A stretch of DNA of 64,000 nucleotides from Cyanophora paradoxa CCMP329. Taxonomy: Eukaryota; Plantae; Glaucophyta. The position numbers were made by a program, and so were the translations under genes. Of this stretch, positions 30,060 through 44,039 are shown piece after piece. Position 1 is the stretch's first letter. Each line of letters opens with the position of its first letter. The stretch is taken from positions 6,294 to 70,293 of the forward strand of contig QPMI01000500.1 of assembly GCA_004431415.1 (NCBI GenBank), given 5' to 3'. Below the pieces are notes generated by a model. That model saw nothing but the letters and a program-made list of their open reading frames with translations, did no database searches and was not told the DNA's origin.

Positions 30060-33000
30060 TTATGGGATTCCATATGCTGTCCAATGGATTGTGCAAGTAA
30101 TACTTCGACTTTCAGATAGAGTAGGGGATGCTATGAATGTCACATAAATTGTTGTATAGGTAGATGTGGAGTTTGAGATTCCAATTCTAAAATCTACATC
30201 CCAGGGTTTGTTGCAGGAGTTCCTTCAAGTGTGGCAGTTACAACAGGTGTCTTAGTGTAAAAAGCAGGATCCCAATTCAAAACCTGTGCATGCTGTGTTC
30301 TCTGACCTGCGCTTATAACACCACTTGTAGCCTGATATTTGCCTGATTAAACCGCCTTTCCATATCATGCCATGAGGGGACTTGGCTAATTGTGTTGGTG
30401 GTTCCTGCATTCATTGCATAAAATGCCCTTGCATAAGCATTTCCTCTGCAGAGCAAGGTTTTATCATAGAAGTTTGCTGAATTGTGGAAGAACCAAGTTT
30501 CCTCATTTGTAGGCGATGCAGGGGCTACTATTTGACCTGATCCTACATACATAGTATTATTTGCAGTGATTGTATTGGCTGTGAATGGGTCTAAACTTGG
30601 AGATCTGTGATTTCTGATTTAGTATGAGTATGGGCGAAATCTGTAATATTTGCCTTTGTGTGAGTATGGCAAAGTCGGTGATATCTGATTTAGTGTGAGA
30701 GTGAGGTCCGACAGTTGTAGAAGCTGTTGGTTTCCATAAATGTTATCCCAATGCAAGAAGCCGCTATGTGAGGATACAGTGGGTTCTTGCTCCAACCTAC
30801 AAGACCCACAAGATAAATCCTTCCTATTCGCCCTTGAACACCCACTTTACTCAGCCCTTCACAATTCACTCCGACATATTGCCTATACTCTACACTTGGG
30901 TCACTACCAGGAGAATAAGCATTTACTCTCGAAAGTGTATAAGAATTCGTTGATGGATAAACTCCCACAACATCGAAGTATCTGCTATTATATTGACACA
31001 CATAGAAGATATAGCATGTTTTCATTCCCGCAGGGACAGTCCATAACATCTTGTAGCCACTACAATCTTCATCACCAGAAGCCCATGTGTTTGCTCCTGA
31101 GTAAGGAGATATAAATGTGAAAAATCTCCAATCGCCTGTGCGATCTGTTGAAAGACCATTTGTGGCATCAAAGTTGATGGGGATGTGTATGTTGGTTTAT
31201 TTATCAGATCATCGTAATTTCCTGTCGTTGCAACAGTTGCAAGATTAGGTCTATCTGTGATATTTGACCAAGCATGAGTATGGTTGCAGGAGGAATGTTA
31301 AAGGTTTATCTGTGATATTGTTCCATGCATGACTGTGAGTTTGAAGTGCAACACCCAATTCGGTTTCATCTATATAATTTTTGCTTTGCAGGTAATCGTC
31401 TGTGACCACACCTGAAAGGGTCTCGTTGTGCAGGTTTTTAGCCGCCATTCTCTGATTGGCTTCAATAGCCCCACCTGATAGCGTTTTAATCCAAGCGATC
31501 TCAGCTTTACTGTAATTATCAGTTGGTTGCCCAACAAGTGGAATATAATTGAGTTTATCCCGAGTGAAAACTATCTTAGGTCTTGATCCATCCAAGCTGC
31601 TTACATCTGTCACATTCACATGGACAGCTGCTGAGAAGTCTTGATAACCCGCAGGATTGGAGGGAACACCGAACCCATCCTTTGGAATATCGTTTTTGTA
31701 ATAGCTTGTCACATAGATATTCGGGAAAGTGTCACCCGGGTTAACATACGCCATATCTTGCACTCGGAATTGAGGCAAGCTTCGGACAAATAGAGGTCCT
31801 GTCATTGCACTGCCCGCATCAGCCCCTTTGAGGTGAACATAATGCTCATTCAAAATAGTTCTTTCCGCAATATTGCAGGATTTATAAAGGGAAACCCCAT
31901 ATTCACAGGTTCGACCTTTGAGAATTCAGGTTGGTTATTGATCTCATCCCATGTATGCTCATGGGTTGTAGGTGGAATATTGAAGGTCTATCTGTGATAT
32001 TCGACCAAGCATGAGTGTGGTTTTGTATCCATCCCTGCACCACATTGGATGTTGTGTAGTTTGGAATTATAGCGTTTGAACCTACTATTAAATTTTTAAT
32101 GTGGACATAGTCAGAAGAAATTCGCAGATTTTCGGGATAATAAAGCGATTGCGTTTTTGGGAAGCCGTAATAATCCTGAATATAGTATCTCACCCTTTGC
32201 TTCTCTTCAAACGTTAATGCTCTATTGAAAATGATGTATTCGGCTATATCACCTATGAAATAGTTAACACCCATCCTACTGAAAGTTGAAGGTGGAAGGT
32301 AATTTGTTCCTGTAAAGGTTCCTACATCTTGTCCTCTGATTCCAAAGGTTATGCTGTTTGAAGTTATGGTGGTGTCCCAATAATTAGCTGAATGGAAGCA
32401 TAATTGGTGTTCACTCGTGGGGCTGTGTAACCCACTCCATTACTTGTGAATGAATACAAACCAAATGATAATGACGATCCATACCCAAACTCTATTTTAT
32501 GGTTCCATCAGGAGAACCAAAATCTAAATGAACTGTTTGCCAATTTGGTGCAGAGTAGTGACTACCTACATAGAACAGTGTCATGCCCTCTGACCAATCA
32601 ACGGATACATTATAGTTAATGAATGCCGAGGCAGTATATCCACCTGACTTTCTTACTACTTTTTGGTTGTTGAATAAAGGATTTGCTACGACAGCACCAC
32701 TGCTCCCGAAAAATGGGAATGTTATCCCTGAAATAAACGGAACAGCTGATGTTGCCCTATTGGGGATGAACTGTGACTGAGGATTTGTATTAACAGGAAG
32801 CCCATCCATTCTCATTGTTAAAAGGCATTTCGGTGTGGTTTTGGCAGGGTCAGTGTTGGAAGTAATGGGGTAATAGGGTGGATCATAGTAGACATCGATT
32901 TCTGTATTTCCGTCTCCTATTTTCAGCTTTCCCTTCACATTCAGGTTACATGTAACTGTAAGATTGCTACCAATCCAAGCGGATCCTGTGTTGCTACTGT

Positions 33001-36000
33001 TTATTGATTTCACTGTTCCATGCACATCCAAATTACTTGTGGTAAGATTGCTTGTTATAATAAGATTTCCATCTATTGTTCCCCCTGATTTTGGCAAGTA
33101 GTTGTTGAGCCACCCTAATGTAACATTACTACTTGTGAGAGGAGCCAAGAGTTCGTTTAATGTAGCTGCACTCACCTTCGAGACAAGCCATCCCTGAACA
33201 GTATTTGAAGAGGTTAGAGGAGCTATTTGAGCATTCACAGTTGCTGTATCAGCCTTAGTAGCAAGCCATCCCTGAACTGTGTTAGAAGAGGTTAGAGGAG
33301 CTATCTGAGCATTCACAGTCGCTGTATCAGCCTTTGGAGCCAACCAACCCTGCACCACATTGGACGTAGTGTAGTTTGGAATGGTAGCGTTTGAACTAAC
33401 TATTATGTTCTCAATGTGAACATAATCAGCAGCGATTCGTAGATTGTCAGGATAATACAGTGATTGCGTTTTTGGAAAACCGTAATAATCCTGAATATAA
33501 TATCTCACCCTTTGCTTCTCCTCAAACGACAAGGCTCTGTTGAAAATGATGTACTCGGCTACATCACCTATGAAATAGTCGACTCCCATTCGATTGAAAG
33601 TTGAAGCGGGAAGGTAATTTGTTCCTGTAAATGTTCCTACATCTTGTCCCCCAATACCAAAGGTTATAGCATTAGAAGTTATGGTGGTGTCCCAATAATT
33701 GGCTGAGTGTGAGGCATAGTTAGTATTTACTCTTGGAGCTGGGTAACTCACCCCATTGCTCGTAAATGAATACAAGCCAAATGATAAAGATGACACATAC
33801 CCAAATGCTATTTTATGGTTTCCATCAGGAGAACCAAAATCTAAATGAACTGTTTGCCAATTTGGTGCAGAGTAGTGACTACCTACATAGAACAGTGTCA
33901 TGCCCTCTGACCAATCAACAGTCACAGAGTAGTTTATGAATGCCGCCGCAGTATACCCACCTGACTTTCTTACCACTTTTCGGTTGTTCAATGCAGCATT
34001 AGCTGCAACAGTTCCACTACTTCCCAAAATGGGAAAGTAATCCCTGAAATAAATGGCACAGCTGCTGTCGCTCTATTGGGGATGAACTGATTGTAAGGAT
34101 TTGTGTTAACAGGAAGCCCATCCATTCTCATTGTATAGAGGCATTTCGAAATGGTTGTAGCAGGGTCAGTGTTGGAATTAATTGGGTAGTAGGGTGTGTC
34201 ATATGTCACATTCAATAGAGTTCCATAGGTTCCTAATTCGAAGTTGCTGGATACTTTCAGACTGCCTGCAATGGTGACATTATTACTTGTATAAATGTTA
34301 CTTGTGTAAAGGTTGCTTGTGTAAATATTACTATTAACTGTCAGGTTTCCTGTGATTGTCCCACCCACCAGAGGAAGATACTTGGATAATTCGGCTGCAA
34401 GTTCATTTTTAGTTACATAATTTGCGAGCATAGCAAGGGTGACTATATTCACAAGAACAACAGCAGTAAGGTAATCCTCTGTGACTACTCTCGAAATGCT
34501 CTCATTGTGTATGTTTTTTGCAGCCATTCTTTGATTGGCTTCAAGAACCCCACCATAATTCGTTTTGATCCATGCAAGCTCTGCCCTCCCATAGTTATCA
34601 TTTGCAGTTCCCACTATGGGAATGTAGGAATATTTATCTCGACTGAAAACTATCATTGGTCTTGAGCCATCTAAACTGCTTACATCTGCAACATGAACCT
34701 GTATAGCAGAGTTAAAGTTTTGGTAGGTTGCTGGGTCTGTTGGGACTCTGAATGTATCTGTGGGAATGTCAGCCTCCATGTAGCTTGACACAAAGATATT
34801 TGGTATGGTCGCTCCTGGTTCAGGTGGTGGATTATAAGAGCCTGGTAGTGTCCTAATATGAAGTGGTCCTCTCATAGCTGAATTTGCAAGTGTCCCATTC
34901 ACATGTACATAGTGTTCATTCAAAAAGATTCTTTCTGGGACATTACAAGTCTGATAAAGAGAAACCCCCAAGTTATCAAGAGGCTCTACCTTTGCGAATT
35001 CTGGTTGGTCATTAATCTCATCCCAAGTGTGTTCATGTTTGATTGGTGGAAATTCTTCTGGTATTCCATCAATTTCTCCCCAATCATGCCTGTGGTCCTC
35101 TGGTGGATACTTTTGAGGTTTACCTAATATCTCATCCCAGTCATGGTTGTGATCCTCTGGTGGATATCTGGCTGGTTTATTGTTGATCTGCTCCCAATCA
35201 GGGAAGAATTCCCAAATCTCTGGGCGAAATCCATCTGGTAATAGTTCCTCATGGGGTTCATAAGGTTGCTCATAATCAACAGCTGGTGGATCATGCCCAT
35301 CTGGCAAATACTCCTCATCAGGTTCATAGTTCTGCTCATACTCAAACTCTTGTGGATCTAAGCCATCTGGTAGTATCTCCTCCTCATTGGGGTCAAACTG
35401 ATCATATTCATATTCTTGTGGGTCAAAACCATCTGGTAAATACTCTTCCTCATCTGGAACGAATTGATATTCATCAAGCTCTAATATGTCGACTTCAGGA
35501 GGTAAATACTGCTCATCTATTTGCTTTCTGGGTTCAATTATAGGTTTATTGCGAACTTGCTCCCAACTCACAATATGCTGCCCAAAGGCTACATCTTCAG
35601 TTGCTGTGTACTCTCTGCCTGGTTGCTTTTTCGGTGTTAAATCCGGTGGATCCCATGGAAGAGGAAGGGAACTGGGACAGGTCCATAATACTCAAAGATC
35701 TCTCTTATGGTCTTCTCACTTACAAGCTTCTCACCATTTGCATACACATTGCTGCCATGGATATTTCGCCATTGCCTGGTTCGAATTCCAAGGTCTTTCA
35801 CATTGCTATACAAAGGCAAAAGGTGCCTATCCATTTCAACAAGATCAGGATGTAAATGGATTGCTACTGGTTGACTGGGGCTACTGTTGATTGTAATTGA
35901 TGGCTTTTTTTGATGGACATCTTTTGGAGTAAAGAACCCAAAAGGCTCATTCCTTGCAAAGTCATATGTAATATCCTTGGGGTAGACATCATTTGTGTAG

Positions 36001-36461
36001 GAGACCTGATTTGTGTTGGCAATGGGACCTACTTGCAATACTTGGGGGACCTCAGCTTTTGCAGTGCTGCCCTCATTGTAAATTCGCAAACCTGTGTTCT
36101 GTTTGCCCTGCTCATCTTGAACATTGAAAATCAATCGACCACTATCAAACCTAGAAGGTATATCTGGGTGAGTGCCACTGGTTTTGAGTTTCCTAGGTCT
36201 CCTTCTTGTTGCTTTGATCTCTGCCACTTGGTTTGCTTTCACATTACCCAAGCTAAAAGCAACACTAACTTCCTCCTTATCTGGATCGGTTTGATTCACA
36301 GATAAAGCATGCTCCCTTGATTGAGTCTTGGATGAATTATCGGAACTGTGGTCAATCGAAACTGAACCCTTTACTTTAATATTATCAAAGTTCACATGCT
36401 TGGTGCTGCTTGCATTATCATCTTGAATGGTTTCTAGATTTGGTGGGTAATTGAAGCTCAT
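30060..36461 (-). CDS. Giant modular fibre/adhesin (~2100 aa after frameshift repair)
   Basis: Consecutive ORFs with HxHxW..I..KP and YLP..GGTI.GNL tail-fibre-type motifs, TSN repeats, two LamG/ConA-like modules (GD.AEYIIFNRAL..EE...V..Y....YG) and a C-terminal ...IHWTAYGIP* domain. Confidence 0.72.
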
Positions 36462-36504
36462 GGCTTTTACTATATGGATTTATAAAATTCCTGATAAGTA
36501 AAAG

Positions 36505-38053
36505 ATGCCCTTGAAAATCTGCCTGTCTTTATCAGGGGAGGTGCAAGGGCATTATCATAACCAGGCTGCTAAAAGAAATCGAAAATCGAACTGGCAGGAG
36601 AATAATCGATCTTGTGGATCTTGTGAGTGGAACTTCCACTGGTGGATCATTGCAATAGGTTTGAATATAAGGCATCCTGATAAACCAGGTGAACCTAAAC
36701 TGACAGCAAACGATTTACACAATATTTACCTAACTCAACTGCCCTTGATTTTCGCAAATCCTCGAAATATAATCGAAAATGCCCTTTTTAATACAAAGTA
36801 TGATGTGGGACCCTTGGAGACTGCAATCAATTCAGTTACTGGTGAATCACTAATACAGGATTCCCTAAAGGACATTGTGATCACATCCTTTGATACTCAG
36901 AATATGAAACCAATATTTATCACAAATGACAACAATTACAACTTTATGCCTTGTAAGATTGCTGCTAGGGCTACTTCTGCTGCTCCTACATATTTCTCTC
37001 CTGTAAGCATTGTTGATTTCAATCGGGAGTATATGTCTGTCTAATTGATGGTGCCATTTCGGGAAACAATAATCCCAGTGTGTGTGGTTACAGCCATGCA
37101 AAGAAAATTTACAGTGATGATGATGATATTATAGTAATAAGTATATCTTGTGGAGAGGTGGACCCACATTTAGAGTCTGATTATGTGGGTTATGCTTATG
37201 AGACTGTCAACAGCTGGGGCATTCTCTCATGGATTGCCTCAACAGATGGAAGCCCATTGATTAACATGCTCATGGCTGCAAGTGAGCTTTCTGCCCTTGA
37301 TAAGATGGAGGAGTTGTTACCCTACAACTATGATCAGGATTATGGGAGATACTATAGGCTATCAGTCCCACTTCCAAATCATATAGTAAGCTCCCTGGAT
37401 GACACTTCTAAAATCCCAGACATGCTTGCATTCACTGAAACATACATTGCAGCAAACAATGATATGATTAATAAGCTTTGCAGCATTCTAGTAGCAAACT
37501 ATGAATTAAAGAACCCTTCAAAGGCTTACATATCATCCACTCTCACTACATCACCTCCTTTGGATGCAAATTGGTATCAGCTTGCAGATGATGCCTTCAC
37601 TGCCTCATCCTCTGTGACAGGTAAAGAGCCTTTCATGGCTAGACCTTCAGCATTTGGCTGGGAAGCTGGAGCCTATGCTCCTGAGCAGATATGGGAAACC
37701 CCACTGAATACCTTCAAGTTGCTTTCCCATATACTTCGAACTCTCCTCTGTTATTGCCTATGGTTCAGGGGACACCAATGCTTTTATTAAGACTTTCAAT
37801 GTGGCAACATCCACTGATGGATCAACTGGTCTTTTATTCGATCAGATGGGCAGAACAAAATATATGTCTGTGAGAACATTAACAATGCTCACAACTCAGG
37901 TGATGTGGCTCTATTGAGTGGATTTCCTCTCAGCATCAAGGATGCTTTTTACATAGGTTTTCTCTCAGAATCAAGTATATTCGCATTTATCCCCTTGTGT
38001 ATGTGAATGCTCCCACAATGAGAGTGGACTTTACAGGTGCCTTTATTCGATAA
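36505..38053 (+). CDS. Patatin-discoidin fusion, B copy (frameshifted)
   Basis: Near-identical to 2366-3919. Confidence 0.85.
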
Positions 38054-38971
38054 ACTCCAACTGAAAAGAATTGTCGATTCCATTCATATCAATCAGTTCA
38101 CCAAAGTAATCTTTAAACTCCACAGTGAGTTCCCTTATCACCAGGTTCTGTCATTTATCTGAATGAATTCGGCATGCTCACCACTATGGTAAACATAGCC
38201 GCCTATATCTTTACTCAATTGCAGTCTAAGGATTGCCCCCTGGTTATGTGGTTGCGATTTCGGGATTATATTGTGTCTGCTGGCAAAGGGGACAGCTCTT
38301 TAATATGCATGTACAGATACTGCTCAGCATTCATATCAGACATCTTCCTGCTGTCAAAATAATATTGCAAGGGCTTTGAGGAGAGTCTGGGTCCTGAGAA
38401 GGTGATTCCCCATGCTGGGTGATCAGGTGTAATAGGTTTGCCATCATACTTTAAAAGGTTCTCAGGTCGATAGGGAGATCCACCAGCAGGAGGAGTGCTA
38501 TAATAACCATTGGTGTATTCAGTAGAACTCACACCCAAAAGCTTCCCTATTCTCTGGTTGCTTGCAATAAAACGAAACTCATGGTTACTGTAAAACTCCA
38601 CTTTATAGGTAGTTGGGTATAGAATATCTTGAACTCAAAAGCTACTGTTTTGCCTGCAATGGTTTGGAAGCTTGAATAGTTCAGCCCATAATTATAAGGG
38701 TGTGTTACCCCAAAATGACCCTGGTTAATGTAGCCACTGGGAAGGGATACACTTTCTGTGTGATGATTTCATTGTATGAACCATCTTGGTAATTAAACTG
38801 AACTGTTAGATGATCAGTTCCCACACTGTTATAGATACTGTTTGGAATCTCTGCATAGAGAACCCTGCATTCCCTTGGTCTCTCTACTGGAGTTGTGAGA
38901 GTGACCCTGTAAGAGTTTTCATTTTGTCCTTGGCTTCTATCCCTGCTATCAATATTAACAAGTCGATTCAT
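38043..38971 (-). CDS. Penton 1, B copy (frameshifted)
   Basis: Homolog of 3909-4841. Confidence 0.83.
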
Positions 38972-39000
38972 TTTAATATATAAATATAGATAAAAGAAGA

Positions 39001-40011
39001 ATGCCTGTGGATTACATCGAGGTTAGCTCATTTAATACAATCTCTGGTGATGGTCCCACATCAAGCTTTGTGGCAAGACTCCCCAGTAGTTATGAGAATG
39101 TGAGGGCTGTGAGACTGGTATCAGCCGAATTTTATAACAGCATCCCTATGGTGAGTGGTGAAACCAAAGTTGGAGATGTGACAGTTGACAATGCATTTAG
39201 CATTTATTATTCTGAACAAACTCCTGGAGCTGGAAGCTCAGGAATTCCAACAGTTCGCCCAGCTGCTGACTATGAACAATGGAAACAATTCATTATAAGT
39301 CGAAACACCCCCATCCAAAGCCACCAACAACTGGTGAATGTAATTAACTCTAAATTCGAAGGCAGAAATCCCCAACCATCCATTCGCTGCAAATGGGATG
39401 AATCACTGAAACGAATTATATTCCACTCAGCAGTACCATTTTACTTGGCTTTCTCAGTAGCTGTGAACCCAAGCCAACAAACAATCCAAAAGCTGTTGAG
39501 TTCAGCTAGACTGCTGGGTCTTGATCCTGGAAGATATGGTAACTCCCCAATCCAATCACAGGTCTATGATGCTCTCACTGATGGAATCTTTACTGGTGGT
39601 CGAGTGAATGGCATTATATCTTCTTTTGAGCCTGAGAAGACCAGGGACAGTGTTTTGTTTGTGAGAGTAAAGGAGCTGGGTGATCTGGTGCAATGTGGGG
39701 ATGGTCTTCTGACTGGTTACTTTCACAAAATAGTGGTCCCTGATAAAGACTATGGTGAGCATGTTGTTTACAATTCAACAGAGGCTCATCCACTTTATAA
39801 ATACTATAACAAAAAGGTTGGATTATCCACTTTCTCGGTTGATATTGTTAATGCTGTAAATGAACCAATTGATTTTGAGGGTCAACCTGTTCATCTGACC
39901 TTTGAAATTCGCTATGGTGATGAGCCAGCAGGAGACCCAGTTTATGAATACTTTAAGATGAGAATGTCGCAGCTTCACCCTTCCTATCCAGTTATTACAA
40001 GCTTCGCATAA
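39001..40011 (+). CDS. Penton 2, B copy (intact, 336 aa)
   Basis: SSFVARLPSSYENVRAVRLVSAEFYNSIP. Confidence 0.8.
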   Translation: MPVDYIEVSSFNTISGDGPTSSFVARLPSSYENVRAVRLVSAEFYNSIPMVSGETKVGDVTVDNAFSIYYSEQTPGAGSSGIPTVRPAADYEQWKQFIISRNTPIQSHQQLVNVINSKFEGRNPQPSIRCKWDESLKRIIFHSAVPFYLAFSVAVNPSQQTIQKLLSSARLLGLDPGRYGNSPIQSQVYDALTDGIFTGGRVNGIISSFEPEKTRDSVLFVRVKELGDLVQCGDGLLTGYFHKIVVPDKDYGEHVVYNSTEAHPLYKYYNKKVGLSTFSVDIVNAVNEPIDFEGQPVHLTFEIRYGDEPAGDPVYEYFKMRMSQLHPSYPVITSFA

Positions 40012-40064
40012 ATTAAGGATCATTGGTAGATTTTTTATGTTGCAGTATAATAAAAGAGAATATA

Positions 40065-41429
40065 ATGGATATCACTTCCACTCTTCAAAGACTTTCGCTG
40101 AAAGAAGCCCTAACAACCCCAGAAGAGGCGAAAGCCTTTTTCCTGGATAACTCCCTTATGCTTGGTCTCGAATCCAAATCTAAGCCAGTTCTAGTTGTTG
40201 TGAATCCCAGCAATACTTTTGAGAATAATGTTGGAAATCGCATTTCCTTCAAGCTACCTCGCTACAATTTCTGTGGAAAACTCGAACTTGCTTTCGACCT
40301 ACCAGAAATCACTTTTGCTGGTGAAGATCTAGTTCGCAATGGATACACTCGCCCAGTTGGTGCTTTAGTTCAGCGACTTGAAATTACCTATGGATCTTAC
40401 ACCTACCACATTCCTTCTGATTTCCTTGCTCATTTCCCCCTGGTCTATTATTCGGAGGATCAACTAGCTAAAAAGAAACGCTCAATGGGCATGGTTCATG
40501 GAATCCCTGCTCATGGAACCAACCGACTTGGTGGCTCATTTTTCGTTGAAATCCCAGTGCCTTGGCTAAATCACTATCTTCCCCTTGGTGCTTTATCTGG
40601 TGAAATGGTTGTTACTGTTTGGTTTAAGGATGCTGGAAAGGGTTATGTTGAAACTTCCTATGGTGGTCGCTCTCTCCTGTTGTTGGTGGGACAGCTGCTG
40701 ATAAGACAGAAGATGATGGTCTTGTGATACTGCTAATGCTACACTTGCCCATGTTGGTCAAAACATCACCACTTTCAGTCTTGGTGCAACAACCCCTGCT
40801 ATTTCAATTACTTCTCCTCGCCTTTACATGCATGCTATTAATGTTTCTGATGAGCTTTTCGCTACTGTAATTGAAAAAGTAAAGACTACTGGCATGGCTA
40901 TTCCCTCCCTTGATATTGGATTTGTAGATGCCATTGCTTTCCCTGCCAAGGGCAATGCCCAGCCCAATCGAATTAACCTCTCTCAAATCTCAGGTCTTGT
41001 CTATGCTCTGCTTGTTTCAGTTCGTGATTATGAGACTGTTGACAAATCCAATGGCTCCCACAGTGTTCTTAAGACCTATGCCAACTCCAAAGAGATAACA
41101 TTCACAACTGAAATAAATGGACAGCGACTTTTTGCCACTGAGCCAATTTCTCTACTCAAAGGAGCTGAGCTAATTGCTGATGCCTTCAAATGCTCTAACA
41201 TGGATAAGGTTGCAGATAAATATGTCCTTTCAGGACTCCCATTCTGCCTTGATGGAGAAAAGGCAATTCGAAATATTGCTCAAGTGGATTTGTAGACCTG
41301 ACTAATTCCTCATCTTCATTCCTCACACTCTACATGCCCACAGATAAGACAATCAATGTTCAAGTTCGCGCTTTAATGCATAGTTTCCTCATTATAGACG
41401 GTTCAGGTGTTCGTAGAATCAATTTATAG
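40065..41429 (+). CDS. Major capsid protein, B copy (about three 1-nt deletions)
   Basis: Near-identical to 5931-7298. Confidence 0.85.
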
Positions 41430-41488
41430 ACCATATTCAGTCTCCCTGCATTATTTTTATCTGTCTTTATTTAGGAAGATCTACAACA

Positions 41489-42255
41489 ATGCAAGATTTA
41501 GAAGAGTTTAATGTTCTGAAATGATAAAAGTGTTTCAGAGCCATTTTTATAGGCAAAAGTTGTACGGGAAAAAGCGAATGTGTAAAGTATTGGTTAAAGC
41601 AATTACATGATGCCAAAGTTATTGATGTTGTCCTAGTTGTGAGTGGACCAGCTTTAATCATTTCTGGAGAGAGGTGCAACAGTAGAACTTGGTAAATGGG
41701 ATGCTGTTACATTTCAAAGCTTTTGATGAAAGGCAGGAGAAAATCGAAAAAGGTGAACCTGTAACCACATGTGTGTTTTTAGATGATTTAATTGATAATG
41801 AGATAGTCGATCTCACAAGGGATAAAATAATCGGATCCTTGTATTCCAGAGGTCGCCATTCGAAAATATCCATTATCTGCATTACACAGAAACTCAGAAA
41901 AGTCTCTTCCACTATTCGAGTTAATTCTGATTATGCTGTTTTCCTAAGTGCTGCTAATCGCAAAGAACTTGAAGCCATAGAGGAAGAATACAATATAATG
42001 CGAAATAAAGAGGATTTCTACAAGATGTTTGAAGAGTATGTTCACTCCTATCAGTATATCGTTTGGTCCTCTGCTGCTACTCAGTTAAATACTTTGTTGA
42101 TAAAGCGACCTTGTGAAAGATTTCCCATTCCTCGCTTCCACAGGAAGCCCAAAAAGAAAGAAGATGAGCTGAAACCCCAGAGAAAGAGGAAGCCCCAAAG
42201 AAGTGAAAGCCAAGTCCATAGCAATAAATTGATGCGATATAAACGCGGTTTATAA
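41489..42255 (+). CDS. Packaging ATPase, B copy (many 1-nt deletions)
   Basis: Homolog of 7358-8140. Confidence 0.88.
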
Positions 42256-42283
42256 AATTATCTCTCATTCTAATAAAGATACA

Positions 42284-43005
42284 ATGCCTCCCAAACGAAA
42301 GATAGGGATCCCAGCTGGGGCTGTTGGCTATTCAGGTGGTGGAAACAGTGGATCTATTAACACTGAACCAATGAAATTCAATGGTATGAACGAAATCAAA
42401 CCCTCACAACCCAAGAAGACCCCTTAATGCTGCCTATGAGGAATCAGTCGATGACAAAGCCCCACAAGTTCAACTGCTGACCAACTGAACATTTCCCGAG
42501 ACAGCAAAGATGAAGTCTGTTGCTGAGGGTGCCAGGCGAATTATTGGTGCTGCTGATGATAAAGGTTTAGGCTTGCAAGATCTGTCATTGGCTCGCAAAG
42601 GTGAAGGTCTAGTAAGGAATCAGACAAGGTTATCAGTCTATGGCTGGTGAAGTCACATACAAGACTGCTCCCACTCAAAATATTCATCGAATTCCCAAGC
42701 TCAATGGGATGAGATGACTGCTAAACTCAAAGACTGGAAGCCAAATCCAGTGCTTGGAGCAGTATGTTACTGAGAAGAAAGAGAGAGCCAAGCTAAAGGA
42801 GATGCTTCGAAAGGAAGTTTATAAAATGGTATTACTGGTGTCCCAGATAAACAGTTTATTGCTAAGAAAGAGAACCAAATCGATGAGCAGGCAGTAGATG
42901 AAATGAAAACAAAAACCCAAAAGGGAACCATTGAACCTGGTGCCACCAAAGCTGAAGTAGAAAAGGAGTGCCCCAACAGTATATAAAAGACGAGTTTGGC
43001 TTTAA
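42284..43005 (+). CDS. Hypothetical protein, B copy of 8169-8903 (frameshifted)
   Basis: Direct nucleotide similarity. Confidence 0.6.
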
Positions 43006-43884
43006 TTTCTCTGTTTTATTAGAGATATGGACATAATACGAAAGTTCTTCGAGATGTCAGTCTGCATGTGGTGAGCAATTGCCACAGTGGATGTTGTGAA
43101 CAACAGTGAGTTTGAGATGTCAGATAATGAGGATAATGCCTCAGAAGCAAGAGAAAGAAGAAGTCTACAGTTTCTGTGGAGTCAATGCCAGCAGACCCAC
43201 AGAGTATACATATGAGCAACAGGAGTATCCAAGGAGAAGTTCTCTGCCAGCAGAAAACGTTTTCTCTGAATATAATGGAGGATACTATTAGTTTAATCGA
43301 GTTTACCAGTGATGAACCTGTTACTGAGGGTACTATAAGACACATTCTAGCAATGCAGAAACGATATAGAGAGGACCAGCATATAGAGAGTATAAGAACA
43401 CAAGCCCTAGCATCCTATTATCGCAGAAAAGCCCAAAAAGAGGAGCAGAGACCAGAGGAGACCGATTAAATATTATTTGCCAACTGAAGTAGCAATGGAC
43501 CCCCAGGTCTATAAGAAAATTGAGAAAAAGCGGTCTCAGTATGCCACTGAGGCAGCTATAAAAATATATACAAAGGAATTGGCTTTATACTTGCAATCAA
43601 GTCACAGATAACTTTTGTAAATATGCTTTTGTTGTTTTTGTTTGCATTCTCAGACACTGAAACAGTAATGTGAATGTTTACTGATCTATTTCTTTTGGTT
43701 TGCTGCATACATATTGTAACCTATCAATCTCTGTGACATTTCGATATATGCTCCAATATCTCCATGCTTATGCATTTATCTAACTCATCATGGTCATCTC
43801 ATCAAGAGTCTTTGCCATTTTGTCTTCACTATACACAATCAAGTAAGCCTTAAGTATTCTTGTCAAATTTTGGTCTTTTCGATC

Positions 43885-44000
43885 GGTGTGTACAGGTGTC
43901 ACAGGTGTCACAGGTCTATCCCATCGATTTTCTAATCAATTTTTATGGACTTTCCTGGGATGGACCTGTCACACCTGTAACAACACCATTTCAGTAAGGC
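43885..44000. repeat. Origin/iteron-like motif 3 (inverted 9-bp ACAGGTGT(C/G) repeats around an AT-rich spacer), directly downstream of the type-B helicase
   Basis: ACAGGTGTCACAGGTGTCACAGGTCTATCCC...GGACTTTCCTGGGATGGACCTGTCACACCTGT. Matches TIR blocks at ~19935-20039, 27039-27140, 53620-53712 and 53816-53920. Confidence 0.8.
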
Positions 44001-44039
44001 TATAAAAATAATATAAATCAATCATTAATCGTTTCGTTT

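Noticed and set aside
31251-35000. Diversity-generating retroelement acting on the duplicated fibre modules
   Set aside because: Differences between duplicates are not visibly adenine-specific, and the only RT is a Gypsy type outside the element.
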